Origin: Gemmatimonadaceae bacterium
GTDB taxonomy: Bacteria; Gemmatimonadota; Gemmatimonadetes; Gemmatimonadales; Gemmatimonadaceae
Assembly: GCA_044224875.1 (NCBI GenBank)
Contig: JBGAJQ010000068.1
Coordinates: forward strand, 1-28,619
Length of the DNA stretch: 28,619 bases
Direction: 5' to 3'
Below, piece by piece: positions 1 through 8,841 of this stretch. Below the pieces are notes generated by a model that did not search any database, was not told where the DNA came from, and saw only the letters and a program-made list of their open reading frames with translations. The stretch's first letter is position 1, and the number at the start of each line of letters is the position of its first letter. The position numbers and the translations under genes were made by a program.

Positions 1-1
1 C

Positions 2-2752
2 GAAGTACGCGCACTGGTCGCTGCCCTCGCGCAGAGTGGTGAGTTCCTCGAGCAGCCAGCCGCCGCGGTGCTCGGTCTCACGCCAGCGGATGCCCCGCTG
101 GACCCTGCTCGAGCGCTCGTCGGCCAGTCAATTGGGGCATGGCGCTTGGTGCGAGAACTCGGGGCCGGCGGCATGGGAACAGTCTTCCTAGGCGAACGTG
201 AGATCGGGGGATTCCAACAGGAAGCAGCGATCAAGGTGGTGCATAGTGGGAGTCCGGGGCGCGCCGCGGAGATTGCCCAGCGATTTCTCGCGGAGCGGCA
301 GATCCTCGCGCGCCTGTCGCACCCGAACCTCGCGCGGTTGGTCGACGGTGGGAGCACGCCGAGTGGAACGCCTTGGTTCGCGATGGAATACGTGGACGGT
401 CGTCGACTCACGGACTGGTGCGACGACATGGGGACGTCGCTCGAGGCGCGCATCAGCTTGTTCGAACAAGTGGCAGACGCTGTTAGGCACGCGCACCGCA
501 ACCTTGTCGTGCATCGCGACATCAAGCCGTCCAACATTCTCGTGACGAGCGACGGCGTGGCCAAGTTGCTCGACTTCGGTATCGCCAAGGTGTTGGGTGA
601 TATGGATGGTGCAGCGCGTGACATGACGTCCACGAACGTCTGGATCATGACGCCGGAGTACGCGGCGCCAGAGCAGGTTCGCGGCGAGTCCATCACGACA
701 GCCACCGATGTCTACGCACTTGGGCTCGTTCTGTATGAGCTGCTGAGCGGCTGTCGGGCACACGACCTCACGCGACGGAGCGCCGCCGAGATCGAGCGCG
801 TGATCTGCGAGGTGGAGCCCCCGCGGATGAGTATGGCGGCCGTGACTGGCCCCACGAGCGCCGAGCGTGCGGCGAAACGGGGTGTGGATGTCATGCGGCT
901 GCAGCGCTTGCTCGCCGGCGATCTCGATACGATCGTGGCCAAGGCGATGCACAAGGATCCGCAGCGTCGTTATGCAACGGTGGACGCGTTGCTCGATGAC
1001 TTGCACCGGCATCGTGACGGACTCCCTGTCCAGGCGCGGCCCGAGGCGCCCGGCTACCGGCTGCTGAAGTTTGTCCGCCGGCACCGCGTCGGTGTGGCGG
1101 CGACCGCGGTGATTGCGTTGGCCATACTGGCCGGTGTCGCCACGACCCTTTGGCAGGCCCGCATCGCCCAGGCGGAGGCCACCAAGGCCAAGCGGACGGC
1201 CGAGTTTGTCGTGTCGCTCTTCCAAGGCGCCAACCCAGACATCTCGGGCGGACGCGAGGCAACGGCGCGCGACTTGGTGGATCGCGGCGTCGAGCGGATC
1301 GACAGCGCATTGGCAGCACAGCCCGGCGTTAGGCAGGAACTCCTCGGTGTGCTCGGCGAGACATATCGCGACCTCGGGCAGTTGAATGCGGCGGACTCGG
1401 TGCTGCAGCGTGCCGTTGCCCTGGCGCGCGACGTATTCGGTCCAGGGAGCGCCGAGTATGCGGGCCGACTCTCCACGCGCGGGACAGTATTGAATGCGCT
1501 CGGCAACTTTCCGGCCGCCGACAGCCTGCTCACCCAAGCCGCGGAGATCCTGCGGCAGGAGAAGGGGTCGCGCTCGGAGGAGTACGCCACGGCGTTGGGC
1601 GAGGTGGCGAACAACCTCGAGGACATGGGGGAGTTCGACCGCGCCGTGGAGATGCACCACACCGTCATCGCCATCGATCGAGCCGTGTACGGTAGCGAGT
1701 CCCTACCCGTTGCAACTGATTTGGACAACTTGGGCGTCACGCTTGGGACAGCGACGCGTTATGAGGGCGCCGACAGTGCGCACCGCGCGTCACTGGCCAT
1801 CCGGCAGAAGCTGCTCCCGCCAGGCCACACGGCCATCCTCAACGTGCTCGGCAACCTGGGGGTCACACAGTCACGCTTGGGAAATGCAGAGGCAGCGGAA
1901 TCGCTCGCGCGGATCGTGCTCGCCGGCCGTCGTCGCATTCTCCCGCCGGGACACCGCGACCTCGCTTACGCGCTCGACGCCTTGTCCACCGCCCTCGACC
2001 ATCAGGGCAGACTGGAGGAGGCTGTTCCTCCCGAGCGCGAGGCGCTGGATATCCGCAGGCGAGCGCTCGGCGCCAACCATTCCGTCACGATGATCTCGGC
2101 GAACAACCTCGCGGTGTTGTTCGTGCGACTGGGATGGTTCGACAGTGCCGCGACGATCTTTGATGATGCGGTGCGCCGTTGGACGGTGGACTACGGAGCG
2201 AATGACGCACGGACGGCGACGGGGATCAACAACCGAGGGGTGGCGCTGATGGGCGCCGGCAAGTGGGCGTCGGCGGAGGCTGACATTCGTCGGGCCCTCT
2301 CCATCCGCCGTGCTGTCTTGGGTGACACCGTGCCCGACGTCGGCGTTTCCCGGAAGAACCTCGCTACCTTGCTCGTGCGCACCGGACGAGCGGCGGAGGC
2401 GGAGCAAGAGATCCTGAGGGCACTAGAGATCTTCAAACAGGCCTTGCCCGACGGACACCCGCGTTACGCGGAGGCGTGGGTAGCGTTAGGCGAGGTACTC
2501 CTCGCCCGCGGCCGGCCGCGGGAGGCGGACTCCGTTCTCACTCGGGCGCGCATCATACAGAAGGAGCGGCTCCCTGGACAGGACTACCGTGTGGCGGAAT
2601 CGGCGTGGCTTCAGGGGCGGGCGCGCCTCGCGCTCGGGAAGGTGCGCGAGGCCGATTCACTCCTGGCAGAGAGCGAGCAGACCTACGCGCGTTTTCCAGG
2701 CTTTCGCACGCGGGTTGCCGAGATTTCGAAATTGCGTGCCCAGATGAAGTGA
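2..2752 (+). CDS. Membrane-anchored Hanks-type Ser/Thr protein kinase with C-terminal TPR repeats (5' end outside window)
   Basis: Kinase motifs GAGGMG, AAIK, HRDIKPSN, DFG and TPEYAAPEQ. One TM segment (VGVAATAVIALAILAGVATTLW) is followed by about 10 TPR-like repeats (e.g. LDNLGVTL, LGNLGVTQ, ANNLAVLF). The frame is open upstream of the GTG at 68 back to base 2 (EVRALVAALAQSGEFLEQPA), so the true start is off-window. Confidence 0.95.
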   Translation, partial: EVRALVAALAQSGEFLEQPAAAVLGLTPADAPLDPARALVGQSIGAWRLVRELGAGGMGTVFLGEREIGGFQQEAAIKVVHSGSPGRAAEIAQRFLAERQILARLSHPNLARLVDGGSTPSGTPWFAMEYVDGRRLTDWCDDMGTSLEARISLFEQVADAVRHAHRNLVVHRDIKPSNILVTSDGVAKLLDFGIAKVLGDMDGAARDMTSTNVWIMTPEYAAPEQVRGESITTATDVYALGLVLYELLSGCRAHDLTRRSAAEIERVICEVEPPRMSMAAVTGPTSAERAAKRGVDVMRLQRLLAGDLDTIVAKAMHKDPQRRYATVDALLDDLHRHRDGLPVQARPEAPGYRLLKFVRRHRVGVAATAVIALAILAGVATTLWQARIAQAEATKAKRTAEFVVSLFQGANPDISGGREATARDLVDRGVERIDSALAAQPGVRQELLGVLGETYRDLGQLNAADSVLQRAVALARDVFGPGSAEYAGRLSTRGTVLNALGNFPAADSLLTQAAEILRQEKGSRSEEYATALGEVANNLEDMGEFDRAVEMHHTVIAIDRAVYGSESLPVATDLDNLGVTLGTATRYEGADSAHRASLAIRQKLLPPGHTAILNVLGNLGVTQSRLGNAEAAESLARIVLAGRRRILPPGHRDLAYALDALSTALDHQGRLEEAVPPEREALDIRRRALGANHSVTMISANNLAVLFVRLGWFDSAATIFDDAVRRWTVDYGANDARTATGINNRGVALMGAGKWASAEADIRRALSIRRAVLGDTVPDVGVSRKNLATLLVRTGRAAEAEQEILRALEIFKQALPDGHPRYAEAWVALGEVLLARGRPREADSVLTRARIIQKERLPGQDYRVAESAWLQGRARLALGKVREADSLLAESEQTYARFPGFRTRVAEISKLRAQMK

Positions 2753-2772
2753 GTCGTACCCGCGACATCCGA

Positions 2773-4662
2773 TTACTGCGACGGGACCTCCTTCATCGGC
2801 AGCTCCACCCATGACGGCTGTGTCATGCCTCGCTGCACCGTCCACGTCGGCACCTCGCCCGGTGGCACCAGGGCGAACATCGACCGGTCCGCGCCGGCCA
2901 GCGCCAGGCGTATGCGGTGCCCTGCCCTCAGAAGCACCGAGGTCGCCAACAGCTCAAACGGAAGGTCGGTCGCCTGTCCCGGCGCCAGTGCCGCCGCGTC
3001 GGCCTTCGTGTACGTGTGATACGGCCCGAACACGCGATACGGCGGGGCCGCCGTGGACACCTTGCGATGCCTGGCTCGCAACATCCCTTCCGTCACGTAG
3101 GTCACGCGACCGTCAGGTGCCACATCCTCCAGGTACGCAAAGAATCCGCCATCGTCGGACGTGGATGCCGCCCGAAGCCACACCACGGGCACTCCGGTGA
3201 TCTCCACGTCCCGCTCCAGCGGGGCGCTGGTGTACACCAGCAACTTCCTGTCCTCCGCCGTTCGATCGGGATATGTCACGTCGGAACCACCGAGCTGCGT
3301 TTGCCAACGGTTCGGTTCCCCGGTGGTGGCGGTCGTGTCCACCGTGTACGAATCCGTGCCGTCGACGTCGGGCACCGTGCGCGTGAGCGTGCTGGACGCA
3401 TTCAGGTACCAGCGCACTGGCGACAGCCCCTCCGGCGGCCACTGCAAGGTCGTGCGCCACCCTCCGCCATTCATCGTGTAGTAGCGCACCTCGTGCTTGG
3501 GCGTCGCAAGACTGTCCTTCAGGAACCCGTCGAAGAAGGCAATCATCTGCGCGTGCTGCTCCTCGCGCGACGGATCGGTCGGGGTGCTGTCGGGGAGGAA
3601 CGGGTCGACATGATGACCCCCACCGTGGCTCCACGGCCCGATCTCCAGCCGCTGCGGCACACGCACGGTCATGAATCTGCCTAACGCAACGTTCACCGTG
3701 CCAGCGTCGAGCCATCCCACGCGCACCAGCATCGGCGTGGCGAGCGATTCCACCTTCGCCCGCATCCCAAACGGGCTGATGGCGTCGAATGTCAGCTTGG
3801 ACGTGGGGAACGTGTCGCGCGGGTTCTCGATGCGCTGCATCTCCTTGAGCACATCGTAGTTCTTACGTGCCCGCACGATCGAGTCGAGCATTCGTCCGCC
3901 GCGATCGGCGTCGACAGGCTTGATGCCACGCACGAACAGGCGCTGCATCGCGCAGGCAAACCCACTAGCTCCGGTGAGCGCGCAGAAGTCGTTGTGGTCG
4001 AGCGCGTTGTTCGCACGCCCCCAATCGGCAATGAAGCCTTCCAGGAACAACCCTCCAGGCATCACCAGGTCCATGGGGGCATCGAAATCGTCATAGAGCG
4101 GCGCCACTGCGCGAACGGCCGGGCGACCGGTCGCCGCCAGCATTTCCGCAGTGTTCCCGTCGTATGACACGCCGTAGCCTCCGACCTTTCCGTTCGACCA
4201 CGGCTGCTTCACGATCCAGTCGACGATCTCACCATAGTCGGCCAACTCGTCAGGCGACCACTCGATCTGCCGCGAGCCGGTGGATGCACCGCTGCCGCGT
4301 GCATCCACGAGCACCACAGCGTATCCAGACCGGTTGAGCGCTGCCGAGCGGGGGTCGAGCGTGGAGAACTTCCCAAACCTCATGGCCAGTCGCGCCAATG
4401 TCCCGGGCTCGGTAGCGCGCACATAACGCGTGGAATGCATGATGGCCGGGATCTTCCTTCCTGCGGCGAGGTTCTCCGGCAACCAGAGGTCGATGGCAAT
4501 TTGCACTCCGTCCCGCATCGTCACGTACAACGCCTGGTTGCGCTTCAGGCCCGCTGGAACGGGGCGATCACCAGCATCCTTCGCGGTCGCTGCAAGAACC
4601 CAGCTGGCGGCGATGGCCACCACGGCGAGCACCAGGAGAACCTTCGCGATTCGCTTGATCAT
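2773..4662 (-). CDS. Secreted CocE/NonD family serine hydrolase (peptidase S15-like)
   Basis: N-terminal signal/anchor MIKRIAKVLLVLAVVAIAASWVLA; family motifs VTMRDGVQIAIDLWLP and VDARGSGAS; nucleophile GVSYDG (GxSYxG), candidate Asp in GWLD and His in GPWSHG; C-terminal PepX_C-like domain (VYTSAPLERDVEITG...GHRIRL). Confidence 0.93.
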   Translation of the reverse strand: MIKRIAKVLLVLAVVAIAASWVLAATAKDAGDRPVPAGLKRNQALYVTMRDGVQIAIDLWLPENLAAGRKIPAIMHSTRYVRATEPGTLARLAMRFGKFSTLDPRSAALNRSGYAVVLVDARGSGASTGSRQIEWSPDELADYGEIVDWIVKQPWSNGKVGGYGVSYDGNTAEMLAATGRPAVRAVAPLYDDFDAPMDLVMPGGLFLEGFIADWGRANNALDHNDFCALTGASGFACAMQRLFVRGIKPVDADRGGRMLDSIVRARKNYDVLKEMQRIENPRDTFPTSKLTFDAISPFGMRAKVESLATPMLVRVGWLDAGTVNVALGRFMTVRVPQRLEIGPWSHGGGHHVDPFLPDSTPTDPSREEQHAQMIAFFDGFLKDSLATPKHEVRYYTMNGGGWRTTLQWPPEGLSPVRWYLNASSTLTRTVPDVDGTDSYTVDTTATTGEPNRWQTQLGGSDVTYPDRTAEDRKLLVYTSAPLERDVEITGVPVVWLRAASTSDDGGFFAYLEDVAPDGRVTYVTEGMLRARHRKVSTAAPPYRVFGPYHTYTKADAAALAPGQATDLPFELLATSVLLRAGHRIRLALAGADRSMFALVPPGEVPTWTVQRGMTQPSWVELPMKEVPSQ

Positions 4663-4838
4663 CGTAAGCTCACTGCCGCCTCTCGAAGTTCGTGAATCGG
4701 GACATTCAGACGTAACACCTGATCGGACTGATCCGACCCAGACAAGCCGACGACGACCTGATGCAGGAACGCCGGCGGCCTGATCTCTTCACCTGACCGT
4801 CGCCTCCAACGCCCGCGCCTGACGTGTTCGGTCGCCAT

Positions 4839-6119
4839 CTATTGCTTGCGCAAAGAAATCATGTAGATCGTGAATCCTCCTGCGACCACCGCGGCGAACA
4901 CGATAAGGCTGACCGGCTGCTGCAGTGCCGCCAGCACGAAGAACATCGCGGAGATCAATACCAGCCCCCATCCCGCCACCCGTAGCGCCGCCGGCGAGAG
5001 CTGGAACATCGATGTGCGCCAGGCTTCCGGAGCGCGCGACGGCACGCGCACCGCCGCCATGCCGAGTACGCCCTGCACGGCCATCATGCACATCGCGGTG
5101 GTGACGGCGTACTCCCGAATGCTCGCGCCGACCGCCGTCGCAATGAGGGCCAACGCGCCAAGCAGCAACACCGCGGGTCGTGGAATCTGTCCCGCTGGCG
5201 ACGCGAACGTCGCCGGCAACCGACCGTCGAGTGCCAGCGCGTTCACGTCGCGCGCTTGCGTGAACAGGATGCCGTGGATAGATGTCGCCGCCGCCAGCAG
5301 CGCGCTCGCCACGATCCCTCGCGCCAGCACGACGCCGAAGTGTTCCTCGGCCAGCCTTCCCACCAACGCGCTCGGCTGGGCACCGTCGCTGGTGCCAGCG
5401 AGTAACACGACCGCCAGCACGAACACCACATACAGGACCAGCACGATGGCGAAGGAGAGGCCGAGTGCGCGTGGGATGGTGCGTTGCGGCTCCCGGATCT
5501 CACCGCCGATATCGATGAGCACCTGCAACCCTGCGTAAGAGAAGTAGGCGGCCACGGCCCCCGTGACCACCGTCGCCGGCCCGCGCGGAGCGAGTGACGA
5601 GAGTTGCGACCAGTCGCCTACCACTAGTCCTCCAGTCGAGAACACGGCGAGTACAACGACGAACAACACCACCATTGCCCCCTGCAGCGTCACGGCAACC
5701 GTGACCGGCGTCAGGTTCAACAACATGAAGCCAGCGACGACGGCCAGCGCACACCAACGCGGCGTGAGCCCGGGCCAGAAGTACGTGGCATAGTCGGCCA
5801 ATCCATACGCCACCAACGCAGCGCCAATCGCCGCTGCAACAATTATCAGCCACGCGGTGAGAAACGCCATGCGCGGTGAAAGCGTCTCACGCACGCTCAC
5901 ATAGCTCGCACCAGAGACGGGGAACGCGTTGCCGAGTACCGCGCTCACCACGCACGTAAACACCGCCGGGATTGCGGCCAGGAGATAGCTGAGAACGACG
6001 CCGGCGCCCGTGCTCGGGAGCAGCTCTGCTGGCAGTACGAAAATGGACGCGCCAATCACATACCCGACGAGGGTCGCCACGGCACCCGCGAGTCCGATAC
6101 GACGCTCCGTCATCGTCAC
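4839..6119 (-). CDS. APC superfamily amino acid/polyamine permease
   Basis: About 12 hydrophobic helices; motifs GYVIGASIF (TM1), FPVSGASY, YFSYAG and GEIREPQRTIPRA. The start overlaps the stop of the upstream hydratase (GTGA, 6116-6119). Confidence 0.92.
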   Translation of the reverse strand: MTMTERRIGLAGAVATLVGYVIGASIFVLPAELLPSTGAGVVLSYLLAAIPAVFTCVVSAVLGNAFPVSGASYVSVRETLSPRMAFLTAWLIIVAAAIGAALVAYGLADYATYFWPGLTPRWCALAVVAGFMLLNLTPVTVAVTLQGAMVVLFVVVLAVFSTGGLVVGDWSQLSSLAPRGPATVVTGAVAAYFSYAGLQVLIDIGGEIREPQRTIPRALGLSFAIVLVLYVVFVLAVVLLAGTSDGAQPSALVGRLAEEHFGVVLARGIVASALLAAATSIHGILFTQARDVNALALDGRLPATFASPAGQIPRPAVLLLGALALIATAVGASIREYAVTTAMCMMAVQGVLGMAAVRVPSRAPEAWRTSMFQLSPAALRVAGWGLVLISAMFFVLAALQQPVSLIVFAAVVAGGFTIYMISLRKQ

Positions 6120-6916
6120 GACGGCTGCTGATCCGTGGCCGGCGGGGAGCGGAACGCCGGCGGTCGCTTCTCGACGAACGCGCGCGCCCCTTCCACGTGT
6201 TCACCACTCGACACACAGATGTCGAGGTAGTCGAGTTCGGTGGCCAGCGCCTCTTCCAGTTCGCGGGCATCGCCGTGCAGGATGCGCTTGGTAAGGCGGA
6301 CTGCCGTCGGCGCCAGACCGGCGATGCGCTCGGCCAGCTCGCCGGCGGCTGCCCCCAGCGTCGCGCCGTCCACGACCCGTGTCACGAGACCGATCCGCAA
6401 GGCAGTCTCCGCGTCAATGGGGTCACCCGTTAGGAGCAGCTGCCGGGCCCACGACCCACCGACCAGCTCTCGCAGGATGAGTGAAATCCCGTTGGTCACA
6501 AAGAGGCCGCGCCGGACCTCGGGAAAGAGAAAGCGCGCGTCCGACGACGCGATCCGAAGATCGCAGGCGCACGCCAACTCGGCGCCGAATCCCGCGGCCA
6601 CCCCGTTTACGGCGGCAACGTACACATGGTCGCTGTGCACGATGCGACGCGTGATGTCTTGCAGGATCTCCGCCCCATCGCGCGCCGGAGCCTGGTCAGC
6701 GGACGCATCAAGCTCCTTCAAGTCCTCGCCCGCGCAGAAGCCGCGGCCCGTGCCGGTCAGCAGCACCGTGCCAACCGATGTCTCGCGTTCGATCTCGCCG
6801 AGCAGCGAATGAAGGCGCGTGTATTCACTGCGCCGGAAGGCGTTGAGACGGTCGGGGCGATTGAATCTGACGGTCAACACCCGGCCTTGCTGCTTGAGAA
6901 TGAAGGTGTCGCTCAT
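6116..6916 (-). CDS. Enoyl-CoA hydratase/isomerase (crotonase superfamily)
   Basis: Motifs FNRPDRLNA, GRGFCAGEDL and AAVNGVAAGFGAELACACDLRIAS...FPEVRRG (both catalytic Glu positions present); C-terminal EGARAFVEKRPP. ATGA overlap with the ligase stop (6913-6916). Confidence 0.95.
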   Translation of the reverse strand: MSDTFILKQQGRVLTVRFNRPDRLNAFRRSEYTRLHSLLGEIERETSVGTVLLTGTGRGFCAGEDLKELDASADQAPARDGAEILQDITRRIVHSDHVYVAAVNGVAAGFGAELACACDLRIASSDARFLFPEVRRGLFVTNGISLILRELVGGSWARQLLLTGDPIDAETALRIGLVTRVVDGATLGAAAGELAERIAGLAPTAVRLTKRILHGDARELEEALATELDYLDICVSSGEHVEGARAFVEKRPPAFRSPPATDQQPS

Positions 6917-8559
6917 TGCCAGCTTCGGGTGACCGTGTCAAAGCTGCCGGTCCGGAGGTCTGGCTTGGCCGCCACCAGGACGTGCTTCGCGACGCGCTCC
7001 GAAGGTGTACGCGGAAAGTCGTCGACGAACTCGACATAGCGCGGCACCTTGAACGCGGCCAGGTGACGTCTGGTGAAGTCGATGATCAACATGGGCTCCA
7101 CGTGCTCATGGTCCGGTTGCAGCTGTATGTAGGCCTTTACCTCCTCTCCACGCAACTCGTCGGGGACTGGAACCACCGCCGCCGCACGCACCGCGGGATG
7201 TTGGGCCAGCACACCCTCGACCTCGGCCGCGGAAATGTTCTCCCCGCCGCGGCGAATCATGTCCTTCAACCGGCCGACCAAGTGGTAATAGCCCCGTGTG
7301 TCGCGGTACGCGAGGTCCCCCGTGTGCAACCACCCGTCGCGGATCCGCTCGGCGGTCGCCGTGGGCTTGTTCCAATAGCCTCGCATCATGCCCGAGCCGC
7401 GAACACACAGCTCGCCGATTTTCCGGTCGCCGAGGGCGCGCCCTTCCGTGTCGACGACACACGCCTCCTTTCCATCGATTGGCCCGCCGACCGCCCCGCT
7501 ACCGACGCAACTCGTGTCTTCGAGCGGGACGGTGAGATCGACCCCTGTCTCAGTCATGCCAAAGGCTTCGCGCCACGGCACCCCCCACCGGTCCTCGAAT
7601 TCCCGATGCAGCTGCGGAACGATGCCCGAGCAAGAGACGAACCGGACACGATGCCCGCGTTCTACCGCCGGATTGGTCGGCTGCTTGAGCAGGAACACCG
7701 GCATGGTGCCTAACACGTAGAAGAAGGTCGCACCCGAATCCTTCACTGACTGCCAGAAGGTCGACGCCGAGAAGCGAGGCAAGATCACGAGCGGACAGCC
7801 AGCCACCAGGCACATGCCGACATTCCACTGCGGGTCCATGTAGGAGAACGGCTGCGCGGTGAGCGCCACCTCGTCCGACGTCATGCGCGAGAAGTGGGCA
7901 GCGCGCTCGGACAGCAGCACCCAGTACTCGTTCGTCAGCATGCATCCCTTCGGCTCGCCGGTGGTGCCCGAGGTATACTGAATGTTGACGAGGTCGTCCG
8001 GGCTCACCTCCGTCAGGTCAACGTCCGCCGGCTGTGAGTGAAGGTGTGCGGCGAAGGGGCTCCCGCTGGGAGACACGGCGTCACCGGCTTGCACGACCTG
8101 CACCCAGACCAGCTCGGGACAGCGCGCATCAATCTCACGCACCACCGGCACGAGCTCGCGAGTGGTAAAGAGCAGCTTGGCGCCCGAGTCATTCAGCGTG
8201 TACGCCAGATCATGGGCACGGTACTGGATGTTGATGGGCACCATGACTGCCCGGGCCTTCATGATCGCCAACCATGCGATCGGAAACTCGAGACCGTTGG
8301 GCAGCATCACGGCAACACGATCGCCAGGCGCAACGCCCGCGTTCACGAGCACGCACGCCAACTGGCTCGTTCGCGCGTCGACCTCGGCGAACGTCATGCG
8401 TTGCTCACTAAAGCGAAGCAAGTCGCGATCGCCGATGTGTTGTGCTCGTTCGTGCAACAGGTGGACCAAGCTGGGCGCGATGGGCATCGAGGCTGGCACG
8501 GGCTGGAGTCGGGGGATGCACCACGGGCGATCAGCGGCCACTGCTACTTGCGACGACAA
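6913..8559 (-). CDS. AMP-dependent acyl-CoA ligase, crotonobetaine/carnitine-CoA ligase (CaiC)-like
   Basis: AMP-binding motif YTSGTTGEPKG, plus FGMTE, WLHTGD, GRLKDMIRRGGENIS and FPRTPSERVAK. RFSASTFWQ and the substrate-loop region resemble the CaiC-like subgroup. The TTG start is uncertain. Confidence 0.9.
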   Translation of the reverse strand: MSSQVAVAADRPWCIPRLQPVPASMPIAPSLVHLLHERAQHIGDRDLLRFSEQRMTFAEVDARTSQLACVLVNAGVAPGDRVAVMLPNGLEFPIAWLAIMKARAVMVPINIQYRAHDLAYTLNDSGAKLLFTTRELVPVVREIDARCPELVWVQVVQAGDAVSPSGSPFAAHLHSQPADVDLTEVSPDDLVNIQYTSGTTGEPKGCMLTNEYWVLLSERAAHFSRMTSDEVALTAQPFSYMDPQWNVGMCLVAGCPLVILPRFSASTFWQSVKDSGATFFYVLGTMPVFLLKQPTNPAVERGHRVRFVSCSGIVPQLHREFEDRWGVPWREAFGMTETGVDLTVPLEDTSCVGSGAVGGPIDGKEACVVDTEGRALGDRKIGELCVRGSGMMRGYWNKPTATAERIRDGWLHTGDLAYRDTRGYYHLVGRLKDMIRRGGENISAAEVEGVLAQHPAVRAAAVVPVPDELRGEEVKAYIQLQPDHEHVEPMLIIDFTRRHLAAFKVPRYVEFVDDFPRTPSERVAKHVLVAAKPDLRTGSFDTVTRSWQ

Positions 8560-8774
8560 TGAGCGGCTGAGAGTGGTTCAAGAACCTAGACCGTTCGGCG
8601 CAGCGAAAATAGGACGCTAACCGCTACGCCTTTCGGGCGCGTGGCTGCGGCGCCGGTCATCCCGCCCCGCAGGGCTCTGCCCTTGTTTCCGCGAGATTGG
8701 ACGGCTTCTCCCGCTTTCGATGAGCTGGCGACGGTACCAGATCGGGAATGCCGGCCGCCCCCTGGCTCGCGCGT

Positions 8775-8806
8775 GGGCAGTGCCACGGTATCCCGTGGCA
8801 CCGCCC
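8775..8806 (-). terminator. GC-rich hairpin downstream of the RCC1 gene (possible terminator or RNA-stabilising stem)
   Basis: Minus strand GGGCGGTGCCACGG-GATA-CCGTGGCACTGCCC: 14-bp stem with one G.U pair, 35 nt past the stop at 8842. There is no U-tract. Confidence 0.5.
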
Positions 8807-8841
8807 GCCCATCGGCGCGACTTTGGCCTGCACCCTCCCGT

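Noticed and set aside
188..1740. Long antisense ORFs opposite the kinase (188..1660, 1054..1740)
   Set aside because: Shadow ORFs expected from high-GC codon bias; no motifs, and fully overlapped by a well-supported gene.
8620..8645. Small GAAA-loop hairpin upstream of the CoA ligase (riboswitch?)
   Set aside because: Only a short bulged stem, with no known aptamer consensus around it.
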